A DNA stretch of 64,000 bases from the NCBI GenBank assembly GCA_963662665.2, contig CAXXJS010000028.1, forward strand, positions 64,001 to 128,000. The letters run 5' to 3'. Within the stretch, counting starts at the first letter, position 1. Every line of letters begins with the position of its first letter. The notes under the pieces are model-generated. The model saw only the letters and a program-made list of their open reading frames with translations. It searched no databases and had not been told where the DNA came from. Positions 9,611 to 22,432 of the stretch are shown here, piece by piece. Source of the DNA: Candidatus Latescibacterota bacterium. GTDB taxonomy: Bacteria; Latescibacterota; UBA2968; GCA-2709665. Position numbers and translations under genes: made by a program.

Positions 9611-10810
9611 ATGAAGGTGGTTATTGAGCAGGAGATACTCATTTGGGGCATCAATTCGGTGCTGGATATCGTCCCGTCCAAAACAGCCCTTCCGGTGCTA
9701 TCGAATATTCTTGTCGGTACCAACGCGGGCGGGGAGATATTCCTTAGCGCGACCGATCTTGATATTTCCATTCACTGTATGCTCGCGGGTACCGTGGAAA
9801 CAGCCGGCTCAACCACGGTTCCGGCGCGGAAATTCGCCGAGATCGTACGGGAGTTGCCCGAGGGCCCCATTGTTCTGTCCGAAGAATCGGGGCGCGTAAC
9901 GATCCAGTGCCAATCGGGACTGGAAGGATCGTACGCCCTCATGACAACGCCCTCCGAAGACTTTCCTGAATTGCCATCGGAGGTCGAGGGCCCCGAGATG
10001 GTTCTCGCACCCGGAGAAGAAGCGGCCGAGGGTGTTGGCGAAGGCCAGCTGTTGCGTGAGATGATTCTGAAGACAACGTTTGCCGTCTCAAGAGATGAAA
10101 CCAGGCCGGTCCTGAACGGCGTATTCTGGAAGGTTGGCAGTGGCCGGATGACCATGGTGGCCACGGATGGAGCCAGGCTGGTCAGATACTCCAGGACGCT
10201 CTCCGGTTCGGAGGGGAGAGAGGTCTCCACGGAGGCGATCGTGCCCACGCGGGCGCTGAACCATCTGGTCAAGCTGGCTTCGGCAGGCAGCAGCCTGACC
10301 CGGGTGCAATTCGCTCAGAATCACCTGCTGTTCGATCTGGCGGCCGCCAACGGCTCCGCAGCGGACGCCAGGGGCGGCATTCGTCTGTTTTCCCGTCTGG
10401 TCGAAGGCCCCTATGTAGACTACGAGCAAGTCATCCCCCAGGACAACGGCACAACAATGAAGGTGCCCAATGCCCTGTTCATGCCCGCCGTCCGACGGGT
10501 CTCCATTCTTTCAAGCGCACAGACGCACCAGGTCCGCCTTGAAATGAACAGCAACCGCGTCGTACTCTCGGCCTCGAGCCAGGAAATTGGGGGTGAGGCC
10601 CGCGAGGTGCTCGAAGCCGAATATAGCGGCGACGAAATGGCGGTTGGTTACAATTCGAACTATCTCCTGGATATTCTCAGGCGTATCGACTCCGAGCAGG
10701 TATTGTTCGAGCTGGACGGGCCAATGGCGGCAGGGATCATTCGGCCGGCCGAGCAGCCGGAAGGTGAAGACTACCTGTGCCTGCTGATGCCGCTTCGGAT
10801 AAACGAGTGA
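9611..10810 (+). CDS. dnaN: DNA polymerase III beta clamp
   Basis: LPVLSNIL, ATDLD, DETRPVLNGV, VATDG, SRLVEGPYVDY, C-terminal LLMPLR. Confidence 0.96.
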   Translation: MKVVIEQEILIWGINSVLDIVPSKTALPVLSNILVGTNAGGEIFLSATDLDISIHCMLAGTVETAGSTTVPARKFAEIVRELPEGPIVLSEESGRVTIQCQSGLEGSYALMTTPSEDFPELPSEVEGPEMVLAPGEEAAEGVGEGQLLREMILKTTFAVSRDETRPVLNGVFWKVGSGRMTMVATDGARLVRYSRTLSGSEGREVSTEAIVPTRALNHLVKLASAGSSLTRVQFAQNHLLFDLAAANGSAADARGGIRLFSRLVEGPYVDYEQVIPQDNGTTMKVPNALFMPAVRRVSILSSAQTHQVRLEMNSNRVVLSASSQEIGGEAREVLEAEYSGDEMAVGYNSNYLLDILRRIDSEQVLFELDGPMAAGIIRPAEQPEGEDYLCLLMPLRINE

Positions 10811-10823
10811 TCGGCGATGCGTT

Positions 10824-11906
10824 TTGAACCTTACGGCGCTCAAGCTTGTCAACTATCGAAACTTCGATACAGTCGACTTTGAGTTTCCAGGCCGAAAAAC
10901 GGCCGTATACGCCGAAAACGGCGCGGGCAAGTCCAACCTGCTGGAAGCCATATATTTTCTTGCCATAGCCAAGTCCGGCCGCGGCTCAAGAGACAGGGAC
11001 GTCGTTCGATGGGGGGCGGAATACTTCAGCATCGATGCGGCGATTGCCTACAAAGACCGGTCCAGGTCGATCCGAATCGCATTTGATCGAAGAGCAGGCA
11101 AAAAAAAAGCGCTTCTGGATGCGGCCCCACTCCCTCGTCTTTCGAACCTTATCGGCACCTTTAACGCCGTTCTGTTCTTCCCGGAAGATGTAGACCTGGT
11201 CTTACGGGATCCTCCCCAGCGTCGCCGTCTCCTGGACATCCTTGTTTCTCAGTCTGAGACCTCCTATCTGTCCGATCTGGATCAGTACCGTCGTGTACTC
11301 GCCCAGAGAAACCGGCTGCTGAAGGAAGGTCAGGGGCGGACCCTGGACGTCCGTCATCTGGCGCCGTGGGACGTTCAGCTGGCCCAGCTTGGGGCGCGGA
11401 TTATTCGTGGCAGGCTGGGCGCACTGGATGCGATGCGACCCGCAATCGACGCGTATTACGGAGAGATTTCCCGTAGCAAAGAACAGATCGCGTCGGTTTA
11501 CCGCAGTCCCGTAAAGGCCGATGACCGAGACCGCGGGCAGGAGATATTGGAGGTCGAACTGAGGCAACGGCGGGCAGACGAAGCCGAACTGGGTTATACG
11601 CTGGTCGGTCCACACAGGGACCATCTCATTTTCACGTTGGATGGGCGAAGCGCGCACAAGTTTGCCTCCAAGGGCCAGCTCAAGAGCATTCTGCTGGCCT
11701 GGAAGCTTGCAGAGGCATTCTATCTGGAGTCCCACACCGGCCGTTCCCCTGTGCTGCTGCTGGATGACATTTTCGCCGAACTGGATCAAAACCGGGCAAA
11801 GGCCGCGATGGATCTTGTCGCTTCCTTCGGGCAGGTGTTCATTACGTCCGCGCGCGAACCCGACGTGAATTTCAAGGACCGGGGATTTCAATTGCTGGCG
11901 CTTTAG
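10824..11906 (+). CDS. recF: DNA replication/repair protein RecF
   Basis: NYRN, ENGAGKSNLLEAI, GPHRD, PVLLLDDIFAELD. Confidence 0.95.
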   Translation: MNLTALKLVNYRNFDTVDFEFPGRKTAVYAENGAGKSNLLEAIYFLAIAKSGRGSRDRDVVRWGAEYFSIDAAIAYKDRSRSIRIAFDRRAGKKKALLDAAPLPRLSNLIGTFNAVLFFPEDVDLVLRDPPQRRRLLDILVSQSETSYLSDLDQYRRVLAQRNRLLKEGQGRTLDVRHLAPWDVQLAQLGARIIRGRLGALDAMRPAIDAYYGEISRSKEQIASVYRSPVKADDRDRGQEILEVELRQRRADEAELGYTLVGPHRDHLIFTLDGRSAHKFASKGQLKSILLAWKLAEAFYLESHTGRSPVLLLDDIFAELDQNRAKAAMDLVASFGQVFITSAREPDVNFKDRGFQLLAL

Positions 11907-11958
11907 CGGCGACTGCTGGCGCTAAAGCGGCGACGTCGCCGCCGCCTGGAACGTAAGA

Positions 11959-12306
11959 ATGGCGTATTTTGAAGAGCTTGAGCATCAGAAGCCGGCGTCC
12001 GGCCGTACCGGCGGCGGTACCGTCCCTCTGGAGGTAGCCCTCCGGGAGGCGGTACGGTCGCTGGGCATCGAGGCGCGGCTGCTCGAGCAGCGTGCGCTGA
12101 TGCTGTTGCCCGAGGTGATAGACGAAATCAGCGGTGTGCAGGACGCGATGGCCCGGCCGGCCGAGATTCGTCGAGGCGAGCTGGTGATCTGGATCAGACA
12201 GCACGCCGTGCGCCACCGTTTACTGTTCGAGCGGCATCGAATCCAGGCGAGGCTGAACGAGTCCCTGGGGCGAGACGTCGTCGCGTCGATTCGGTTCGGG
12301 AGATGA
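11959..12306 (+). CDS. DUF721/DciA family protein
   Basis: Size, position between recF and gyrB, RRGELVIWI...RLNESLGRDVVASIRF pattern. Confidence 0.7.
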   Translation: MAYFEELEHQKPASGRTGGGTVPLEVALREAVRSLGIEARLLEQRALMLLPEVIDEISGVQDAMARPAEIRRGELVIWIRQHAVRHRLLFERHRIQARLNESLGRDVVASIRFGR

Positions 12307-12410
12307 ACGACGGCCGCGGCGGCGCGGATGGGCCATCATGACAAGCCCCGGGTGACAAAGGCTCAATTGGAGAAAATGCCGGGATAGACATCGATCCCAA
12401 CAAGGAGTAG

Positions 12411-14354
<1,944 letters not shown>

Positions 14355-14425
14355 GAGCGTAACGCGCCTGTCCTGCGGCCTGGCGGGAACCGGCGCTGAA
14401 CTGACAAACACTGGAGATATGGAGC

Positions 14426-16912
14426 ATGATGAACTCGCGGCAGCGGATTGTCCCGATGGACATCGGCGATGAACTGAAAAAGTCCATGCTGGACTACTCA
14501 ATGAGCACGCTGGTGAATCGCGCGTTGCCGGATGTGCGCGACGGGCTCAAGCCCTCGCAGCGGCGCATCCTCATCGCGATGAACGACCTGAACCTGGGTC
14601 CCGCCCGGCAACACAGGAAGTGCGCCAATATCGCCGGACATACGTCCGGAAACTACCACCCGCACGGCGAGGAGATCGTCTACCCGACGCTGGTCAACCT
14701 GGCGCAGGACTTCAAGTTGCGATATCCGCTTGTGGACGGACAGGGCAATTTCGGCTCGATCGACGGGTATCCCCCTGCGGCGATGCGGTATACCGAGGCA
14801 AGGATGGCCGGCCCGGGCAGCGAGATGCTGCAGGACCTGGACAAGGATACGGTGGATTTCAACCCGAACTACGACGAACGGCTCGAGGAACCCGCCGTCC
14901 TGCCATCGCGTTTTCCGAATATGCTCTGCAACGGAGCCGTGGGTATAGCCGTGACCATGGCCACGGCGATTCCGCCCCACAACCTCCGTGAAGTGGTCGC
15001 CGGTATGTTGGCATTGATCGAAAATCCCGACCTTGATATCACGGATCTCATGGAATACATCAAGGGGCCCGATTTTCCTACGGGCGGGGTGATCTACGGG
15101 ATGAGCGGCGTGCTGGACGCCTACCGAACCGGCCGGGGGCTGATCCGGGTGCGGGCGACCGCCACCGTGGAATCCCTCAATAACGGCCGCGAAAATATCG
15201 TCATTACCGAAATCCCGTATATGGTGGCCAAAGCCACGCTTCTGGAGAAGATGGCCGATCTGGTTCGGGAGAAGCGGGTTGAAGGGATATCGAATATTCG
15301 TGACGAGTCCGACCGAAAGGGTATGCGGGTTGTGGTGGAACTGAAACAGGATACCTACAGCGAGGTGGTCCTGAACCAGCTTTACAAACATACGCAACTG
15401 GAAAGTACGTTCGGCGCCAATATGATTGCGCTGGTGGACAGACAGCCCAGGCAGCTGAACCTGAAACAGATGCTCAAGCACTATATCGATCACCGGCATG
15501 ACGTGGTGATGCGGCGCACCTCGTACGAACTTCAGGTTGCGGAAGACCGCGCGCATATCCTGGAAGGATTGAGAATTGCGCTGGATGCTATTGAAGAGGT
15601 GATTCAAATCGTCCGCGGAGCGGCCGATCCCGATGTCGCCCGGTCGACCCTTATGGATCGGTTATCCCTGTCCGAGAGACAGGCGCAAGCGGTTCTCACG
15701 ATGACCATTCAGCGGCTGACGGGACTTGAACACCGGAAGATCGAAGAGGAATATCAGGCCCTGGTAGAAAAGATCGCGCGGCTGAAGTCTATTCTGAACA
15801 GCAGGGCAGAGCGAATGGAGCTTGTGAGGTCGGAACTGTTGGAGGTTGAAGCGAAGTATGGAGATGAACGACGAACCGACGTCGTTTTGTCGGCATCGGA
15901 GTTCAACATCGAAGACCTGATTGCCGACGAGGACATGGTCATCACCATCTCCCATCAGGGATATATCAAACGACTTCCGGCGGACACGTACCGCCAGCAG
16001 CGCAGGGGTGGACGCGGCGTGACGGGTATGCGGACCAAGGAAGAGGATTTCGTGGAGCATCTCTTTATTGCCTCAGCCCACAGCTATATTCTGTTCCTGA
16101 CGGATCAAGGGCGCTGTCACTGGCTGAAGGTACACGAGATTCCGGAAGGCGGGCGTGTTTCCCGGGGGCGCCCGGTCGTCAACCTGATCGAGATCGACGC
16201 GGGTCACAATGTGGCCGCGATCGTACCGGTCAGGGAATTTGACGATGTGCGCCATCTGATGAAAGTGACCCGAAACGGTCTGGTCAAGAAGACGGTCCTG
16301 TCCGCGTACAGCCGGCCGCGGCGAGGTGGAATCATTGCGATGAACATTCTGGACGACGACCGGTTGATCGGAGCCGAAGTCACGAACGGGTCACAGGAGA
16401 TTGTACTGGCGACCCGAAACGGCCAGGCCATCCGGTTCCACGAACAGGACGTGCGCGATATGGGCCGCGGCACCCGGGGGGTTAGAGGGATTTCCCTGGA
16501 GGACGACGACGAAGTGGTGTGCATGGTGGTGGTGCAGGACGCCGGCAGCACACTGCTTACGGTCTCGGCCAAGGGATACGGCAAACGAACGTCGGTTTCG
16601 GATTACCGGTTGACCCGTCGTGGTGGCAAAGGTGTAATCAATATCAGGACCACTGAGCGAAACGGCAAGGTGGTGGCGGTGAAGGGCGTGGAGGACGAGG
16701 ATGAACTGATGATCGTGAGCCTGAACGGAATCCTGATCCGGCAGCCGATCGGAGAAATCAGTTCGATCGGGCGGAATACGCAGGGCGTGCGGCTCATCAA
16801 TCTTGACGATGACGACGAGGTGATCGACGTTGCGCGCGTGATTTACCAGAATAACGGCGAGGGCTCGGAAGGGCTTCCGCCTGAGACCGGTCCCAATGGA
16901 GACGTGCAATAG
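14426..16912 (+). CDS. gyrA: DNA gyrase subunit A
   Basis: RALPDVRDGLKP, AAMRYTE, GyrA-box QRRGGRG, beta-pinwheel CTD. Confidence 0.98.
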   Translation: MMNSRQRIVPMDIGDELKKSMLDYSMSTLVNRALPDVRDGLKPSQRRILIAMNDLNLGPARQHRKCANIAGHTSGNYHPHGEEIVYPTLVNLAQDFKLRYPLVDGQGNFGSIDGYPPAAMRYTEARMAGPGSEMLQDLDKDTVDFNPNYDERLEEPAVLPSRFPNMLCNGAVGIAVTMATAIPPHNLREVVAGMLALIENPDLDITDLMEYIKGPDFPTGGVIYGMSGVLDAYRTGRGLIRVRATATVESLNNGRENIVITEIPYMVAKATLLEKMADLVREKRVEGISNIRDESDRKGMRVVVELKQDTYSEVVLNQLYKHTQLESTFGANMIALVDRQPRQLNLKQMLKHYIDHRHDVVMRRTSYELQVAEDRAHILEGLRIALDAIEEVIQIVRGAADPDVARSTLMDRLSLSERQAQAVLTMTIQRLTGLEHRKIEEEYQALVEKIARLKSILNSRAERMELVRSELLEVEAKYGDERRTDVVLSASEFNIEDLIADEDMVITISHQGYIKRLPADTYRQQRRGGRGVTGMRTKEEDFVEHLFIASAHSYILFLTDQGRCHWLKVHEIPEGGRVSRGRPVVNLIEIDAGHNVAAIVPVREFDDVRHLMKVTRNGLVKKTVLSAYSRPRRGGIIAMNILDDDRLIGAEVTNGSQEIVLATRNGQAIRFHEQDVRDMGRGTRGVRGISLEDDDEVVCMVVVQDAGSTLLTVSAKGYGKRTSVSDYRLTRRGGKGVINIRTTERNGKVVAVKGVEDEDELMIVSLNGILIRQPIGEISSIGRNTQGVRLINLDDDDEVIDVARVIYQNNGEGSEGLPPETGPNGDVQ

Positions 16913-16943
16913 GATCTGAGGACAGGGCCGCCGCCGGTTCCGT

Positions 16944-18251
16944 CTACAGCGCTTCAATTCGGAGTATCTGAGCCGGTTCGGTGATTACGGGAAGTCGATC
17001 GATCTGCTGAACGGCAGTGCGCATGCTGGCTTCGCGAGCCTCGTGGGTGGTCATAATGAGCGGCACCGTGCCCTGCTCGGTTTCAGACCGGCCGTGCTGG
17101 ATTACGGTTGCAATGCTGATATTGTGTTCAGAAAAAATGAGGGCGATTCGCGCGAGTACTCCAGGTTGATCAAATACTGTAAAGCGGCAGTAGAAGCTGG
17201 TTTCGACTTCCTCGGGCGGAATAGGATCGGCCTCGGGAAGGTCGGCGAGGGGTGCGCGGCCCGTGGGCCGGCCCGTCATACGCCGTTCGGCCAGGTCGAG
17301 CAGATCGGAAACCACGGCGCTGGCCGTGGGCATCTGTCCGGCGCCGCGACCGTACAGAACCTGGGGTCCGACGGCGTTGCCCACGATCTCTACGGCATTG
17401 AATTCGTCCTTGATATTCGCCAGAAGCGCGTCCGACGGCACGAGAACCGGGTGGACGCGGGCTTCAATTCGATTGTGAATCGCTTTTGCAATGGCCAGGA
17501 GCTTGATTGTATATCCGAGTTCCCTGGCGAAGTCGACGTCGAGCGGAGAGACGTGCGAGATGCCCTCTTTAAGGATGTGCGAGGGATTCAGGCCAACACG
17601 AAAGGCAATGCGGCAAAGAAGGGCGAGTTTCTGGGCAACGTCCGTGCCGTCGATGTCCATGGTCGGATCCGCTTCGGCAAATCCCATTTCCTGGGCGCGG
17701 CGCAGCATGGCTTGAAAGTCACCGCCATCATCGGTCATTCTGGTAAGTATGTAGTTGGTGGTCCCGTTGAGAATCCCGTAGATGGACTGAATGCGGTTCG
17801 CCGCCAGGCCATCCGTTAGCGATCGGATGATGGGTATGCCGCCGCAGACGCTGGCTTCAAAGCCGATGTTTGCGCCGTTGCGCGCGGCGGCGCTGAACAG
17901 GTCGTCGCCCTGTTCAGCCAGCAGGGCCTTGTTGGCCGTGGCCAGGTCTTTTCCGTTCTCCAGCGCTTTCAGGCAGAGGTCCCTTGCGGGGTCGAGTCCT
18001 CCCATCACTTCAACGACGATCTGGATATCGGGGTCTTCAATGACTTCGCTCGCGCTGGCGGTGAGGATATCGGTGGGCAGATCACTATCGCGCGACCTGG
18101 AAATATCCCGCACGGCGATGCGCCTTAAATCGAACGCCACGCCACGGATGGACCTGAAATAGTCGGCGCGCTGCCTGATAATGCGAACGACGCCGGCGCC
18201 CACGACGCCCAGGCCGATGAGTCCGATGCCGATGGGTCGTTGATTGGACAT
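16944..18251 (-). CDS. hom: Homoserine dehydrogenase with C-terminal ACT domain
   Basis: GLGVVG, TANK, FEASVCGGIP, GILNGTTNYIL, GRGAG, DQPGVLA; start 18251 or 18263. Confidence 0.95.
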   Translation of the reverse strand: MSNQRPIGIGLIGLGVVGAGVVRIIRQRADYFRSIRGVAFDLRRIAVRDISRSRDSDLPTDILTASASEVIEDPDIQIVVEVMGGLDPARDLCLKALENGKDLATANKALLAEQGDDLFSAAARNGANIGFEASVCGGIPIIRSLTDGLAANRIQSIYGILNGTTNYILTRMTDDGGDFQAMLRRAQEMGFAEADPTMDIDGTDVAQKLALLCRIAFRVGLNPSHILKEGISHVSPLDVDFARELGYTIKLLAIAKAIHNRIEARVHPVLVPSDALLANIKDEFNAVEIVGNAVGPQVLYGRGAGQMPTASAVVSDLLDLAERRMTGRPTGRAPLADLPEADPIPPEEVETSFYCRFTVFDQPGVLARIALIFSEHNISIATVIQHGRSETEQGTVPLIMTTHEAREASMRTAVQQIDRLPVITEPAQILRIEAL

Positions 18252-18322
18252 GCGGGAATCCATTTTCCGGATAATGGTTAACCGCGAATTGCCGAATATG
18301 GACAGCTTTGAAGCGACGGGTC

Positions 18323-18351
18323 AATATAAGACAAAGGGGAACGGGAGGCAA
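18323..18351 (-). promoter_or_regulatory. Sigma-70 promoter for hom
   Basis: TTGCCT-N17-TATATT on the minus strand. Confidence 0.5.
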
Positions 18352-18441
18352 GGAGGGACACGCCGAGAAACGCGTGTGGGCGTTGTCGTCCGGCGATGGT
18401 TCCGGCGTCCCGTCGCCGGTTTGGAATTCACTTGAAAAGCC

Positions 18442-18470
18442 TTGACAGCTTCAGGGGGCTGTGTTATCTT
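18442..18470 (+). promoter_or_regulatory. Sigma-70 promoter for tRNA-Asp
   Basis: TTGACA-N17-TATCTT with extended TG and a GC-rich discriminator. Confidence 0.7.
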
Positions 18471-18519
18471 TACGCCCGCTCAAAATAAAGGTCGATTTGG
18501 GCGTTTGTCAATATGGAGC

Positions 18520-18598
18520 GGGGTAGTAGCTCAGTATTGGTTAGAGTGCAGGCCTGTCACGCCTGAGGTCGCGGGTTCGAGCCCCGTCTACCCCGCCA
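18520..18598 (+). tRNA. tRNA-Asp (GTC)
   Basis: Cloverleaf: GGGGTAG/CTACCCC acceptor stem, anticodon loop CTGTCAC, TTCGA loop, encoded CCA. Confidence 0.97.
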
Positions 18599-18662
18599 TA
18601 TAAACGAAGGATGGCCACAAAAGGTCCCTCCTTACCACCCTCCGGCAGGGTCACGGACGCAC

Positions 18663-18742
18663 GCCACTTCTCTCACAACCGGATGGGTGGCTTTTTGTGT
18701 TTTTGTTGACGATGCCCGACTCAAAGCAGGGTCGGGCGTTTT
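18663..18742 (+). terminator. Candidate intrinsic terminators after the tRNA
   Basis: GCCAC..GTGGC followed by TTTTT, and GCCCGAC..GTCGGGC followed by GTTTT. Confidence 0.45.
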
Positions 18743-18875
18743 GGTGTTGTGGACGACCCTTCGCCGGTTCACCGGAAGGTACGCCCTTGCGAATGGTCCT
18801 TTGCGGTTGACGTTTTTCCCGGCGGCCGTTTCACGTGCGGAAGTGTGTCGGCCGAAAGGATCCGAGGGAATGTGA

Positions 18876-21800
18876 ATGTCGATCAAACGGATATACGACA
18901 GGATGGTAAAGTCACAGCCGTTTGAGGAACTGGCGCGTCTGATCGACGCACGGACGCCGGCGATTCCGGTACGCGGGTTGCCGGGTTCGCTCGCGGCATT
19001 CGGCATTGCGTGGGTGGAGGAGACGGCGCCAGGGCCGGTTCTGGTGGTGTGCGCTTCGGAGGATCGTGCGGAAGAAGTGCGCGACGATCTGGAACGGGTG
19101 CTGGGTTCCAGCCGCGTTGGGATTTTTCCGGCGTGGGGAGGATCGCCGTACGACCACCGGTCCCCCCATCTGGACGTGATGGGGCTGCGGCTGGAGGCGC
19201 TGGATCAGCTGCAGCGGGAAGGTGGCGGGGTTGTTGTGACGCCGGTGGAGGCCTTGATGAGCCACACCCTCACGCCGGACCTGTATGATCTGGCGGTCCA
19301 GGAAGTGAGGGTGGGGGACGAGGTTGCGCCCGATACACTGGCTGAACATCTGGTGGATATCGGATATGAGCGTGTAACGCTGGTGGGCGGTGTGGGTCAG
19401 TTCAGCGTACGGGGAGGCATCCTCGACGTCTGCTCGTTTGGCAGCGCACATCCGGTCCGGATCGAGTTTTTTGGCGATGAGGTGGAATCGATTCGCGCGT
19501 TTGATCTGGGCACGCAGCGGTCCGTGAACAGGCAAGAGACGGTGAGGGTGCTGCCGTGCCGCGAGGCGGTCCTGGCAGAGACGCTGTCGGACGTGTTCAC
19601 GACACATCTGACGGAAGCCGAACGGCGGCTTGGAATGGGCCTGGAGGGACTGCGTGAAGCGATGGATAGCCAGGGTGCATTCGACGGGATGGAAAAGTAC
19701 CTGGGCATTCTATACAAGGACAAGACCTGCCTGCTGGACCACGTTTCGGATGGCTATGTCGTGGTGGACGACCCCGTCGCAGTCGAAACGGCCGCAGCTG
19801 ACGCGTGGGCCCGGGTGGAGGTGGCGGCCCGGCGACAGAAGAAGAGGCGCGGAGAGCCCGAGCCGCTACCCGCGGATGCCGTGGCCCGCCATCCGGAGGC
19901 GGTTCTGAGACGTCTGGGCGGAATGCGCCGGGTCCTGAACTGGCCGCTGGGCGGACGATCGGGGGAGGGCGTCCACTTTTCGGGCATCGGCGGGCGGCGA
20001 TATGAGGGCCATCTCGAAACACTGAAGGAGGATTTGAGGAGGAACTGGCAGGCAGACTACGAGGTAGTGCTGTTGTGCGAAAGCCAGGGCCAGAAAGCGC
20101 GGTTCGAGGAACTGCTGGAAGACGAGCAGAATCTGATTTCGATATACGTGGGCACCCTGCACAGCGGCTTTACATTTACGTCCCCAACCGCACGAATCGT
20201 GGTACTGAACGACCACGAGATATACACCCTTGCGCGCCGCCGCCGCCGCTACAGGCGGTTCAAGGACGCCACGCCCATCCGCAGCATTTCCAGCCTGCGA
20301 GCCGGCGACTTTATCGTACACGTTGACCACGGCATCGGGCGTTACGAGGGGATCGAGCACCTCACGGTGGATGGTGTTCGCCAGGACTGTCTGTCCATGT
20401 TCTATCGAGGCGGCGACCGGGTGTTCGTACCGGTGGATCAGATGGACCGCGTACAGAAATATGCGGGACAGGACAGCGTCGTCCCCGCGTTGAGCAAGCT
20501 GGGTACGGCAACCTGGGAACGCGTAAAGGAAAAGGCCAGGAAGGAGGTCTTCAAGATGGCGGCGGAGTTGCTGTCTCTTTACGCTGAGCGAAAGGCATCT
20601 CCGGGCATGGCGTTTTCGAATGACACGGCATTCCAGGGAGCCCTTGAAGCCTCGTTTCCGTTCCAGGAAACGAGGGACCAGCTTCAGACGATTCAGGAAG
20701 TCAAAAAGGACATGGAACATTCGGCGCCGATGGACCGACTTGTGTGCGGCGACGTGGGATACGGGAAGACCGAAGTCGCGGTGCGCGCTGCGTTCAAGGC
20801 CGTGGCCGATGGTAAGCAGGTTGCGGTTCTGGCGCCAACCACCATCCTCGCGCAGCAGCACTTCCGTACGTTTCAGGAGCGAATGGACGGACTGCCGGTA
20901 ACCGTCGACGTGTTGAGCCGGTTCCGCACGCCCCGGGAGCAAAGGACGGCGCTCGACGGCCTTGCGGCCGGCCGGGTTGACGTTGCGGTGGGTACCCACC
21001 GCCTGTTGTCCCAGGACGTCCGGTTCCGGGATCTCGGGTTGCTCGTGATCGATGAAGAGCACCGATTCGGCGTTCGCCACAAGGAACGGCTCAAGCAGTT
21101 ACGGCGGCAGGTGGATGTTCTGACCCTTACGGCGACGCCGATCCCCCGGACGCTTCATATGTCTCTGATGGGGACGAGGGATATGTCAATCATCCGTACG
21201 CCCCCCAAAGACCGGCTGCCGATAACCACCGAAGTCCTGCCGTTTGACGAAGAAAGGGTCGCGGATGCGATACTGCGGGAGGTCGACCGCGGGGGGCAGG
21301 TGTATTTTGTTCACAACCGGGTGCAGTCGATGCCCGCCATCGTCAATTTCCTGGAGCAGTTGGTCCCGCAGGTGCGGTTCGGGGTAGCCCATGGACAGAT
21401 GCCGGAAAGACAGCTTGAAAAGGTGATGATGGATTTTCTGGAGGGAAAATACGACTGCCTGGTTTCCACGATGATTATCGAGTCCGGGTTGGATATTCCG
21501 AGCGTGAATACGCTGATCGTGAACCGTGCCGACCGGATGGGGCTCGCGCAACTCTACCAGTTGCGCGGCCGGGTGGGCCGGTCCACGCGGCAGGCGTATG
21601 CGTATCTTCTGATTCCTTCGTGGAAATCGCTGAAAAAGCCGGCGGTCCGTCGTCTTCGCGCCATCGAGGAATTCGCGGATCTGGGCTCCGGCTTCAATAT
21701 ATCGATGCGCGACATGGAGATCCGAGGAACGGGCAATCTGCTGGGCGCACAGCAACACGGTCATATTGCGGCGGTAGGTTTCGAACTGTATTGCCGTTTG

Positions 21801-22286
21801 CTGGACGAGGCGATCGCGCAGAAACATGGCAGTGAGGCGGAACCTGCGGCCGAACCGGAGGTGCAGGTGGCCGTATCCGCCTATATTCCGGAAACCTATA
21901 TTTCGGATGAAGATCTGAAGATGCTGTTTTACCAGCGGCTGGGCGAATGCCGGCAGACGGTGGAGATCCTTGCAATGGAAGAGGAGTTGGCGGACCGGTT
22001 CGGTCCGTTACCCGGGCCCGCCGCGGCGCTGCTGGATACGATAGCCGTTCGGATACTGGCGCGGCAGCTTCGCGCGCACTCGGTTCGGACGGGTCGAACG
22101 CTGGCTGTCAAGTTTCCGAAAGACCGGATGTTAACGCGGAAGCAGGTAGAAGACTGGGTGGCGGCTGCGCCGGTACCGCTGCAGTTTTCCCTGGGCGACC
22201 AGGTGCTCATTGAGGCGGAGCTGGAGGGCAACGGCCCTGGGGAACGCCTCGCAAATGCCAAAAAGGTGTTGCAGTGCCTCGTCTGA
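18876..22286 (+). CDS. mfd: Transcription-repair coupling factor
   Basis: [44 protein letters not shown]-terminus. Confidence 0.97.
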   Translation: MSIKRIYDRMVKSQPFEELARLIDARTPAIPVRGLPGSLAAFGIAWVEETAPGPVLVVCASEDRAEEVRDDLERVLGSSRVGIFPAWGGSPYDHRSPHLDVMGLRLEALDQLQREGGGVVVTPVEALMSHTLTPDLYDLAVQEVRVGDEVAPDTLAEHLVDIGYERVTLVGGVGQFSVRGGILDVCSFGSAHPVRIEFFGDEVESIRAFDLGTQRSVNRQETVRVLPCREAVLAETLSDVFTTHLTEAERRLGMGLEGLREAMDSQGAFDGMEKYLGILYKDKTCLLDHVSDGYVVVDDPVAVETAAADAWARVEVAARRQKKRRGEPEPLPADAVARHPEAVLRRLGGMRRVLNWPLGGRSGEGVHFSGIGGRRYEGHLETLKEDLRRNWQADYEVVLLCESQGQKARFEELLEDEQNLISIYVGTLHSGFTFTSPTARIVVLNDHEIYTLARRRRRYRRFKDATPIRSISSLRAGDFIVHVDHGIGRYEGIEHLTVDGVRQDCLSMFYRGGDRVFVPVDQMDRVQKYAGQDSVVPALSKLGTATWERVKEKARKEVFKMAAELLSLYAERKASPGMAFSNDTAFQGALEASFPFQETRDQLQTIQEVKKDMEHSAPMDRLVCGDVGYGKTEVAVRAAFKAVADGKQVAVLAPTTILAQQHFRTFQERMDGLPVTVDVLSRFRTPREQRTALDGLAAGRVDVAVGTHRLLSQDVRFRDLGLLVIDEEHRFGVRHKERLKQLRRQVDVLTLTATPIPRTLHMSLMGTRDMSIIRTPPKDRLPITTEVLPFDEERVADAILREVDRGGQVYFVHNRVQSMPAIVNFLEQLVPQVRFGVAHGQMPERQLEKVMMDFLEGKYDCLVSTMIIESGLDIPSVNTLIVNRADRMGLAQLYQLRGRVGRSTRQAYAYLLIPSWKSLKKPAVRRLRAIEEFADLGSGFNISMRDMEIRGTGNLLGAQQHGHIAAVGFELYCRLLDEAIAQKHGSEAEPAAEPEVQVAVSAYIPETYISDEDLKMLFYQRLGECRQTVEILAMEEELADRFGPLPGPAAALLDTIAVRILARQLRAHSVRTGRTLAVKFPKDRMLTRKQVEDWVAAAPVPLQFSLGDQVLIEAELEGNGPGERLANAKKVLQCLV

Positions 22287-22432
22287 ACGGATATATTCCC
22301 GGCCGAATTCCGGGACAGAACATTCGGAACCAGACGACGCCCCGGCAGTCACATGTAAGAGCGACGGGACGGATAGACGGTCGCCCTGCGAAGGCCGTGG
22401 GGGACGTATCTCGCAATCGGAGACGGAACACT

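Noticed and set aside
18827-18842. Second parS-like sequence (CGTTTCACGTGCGGAA)
   Set aside because: Only one half-site matches
18520-18876. tRNA-Asp as an integration site
   Set aside because: No integrase and no duplicated tRNA 3' end; mfd follows directly
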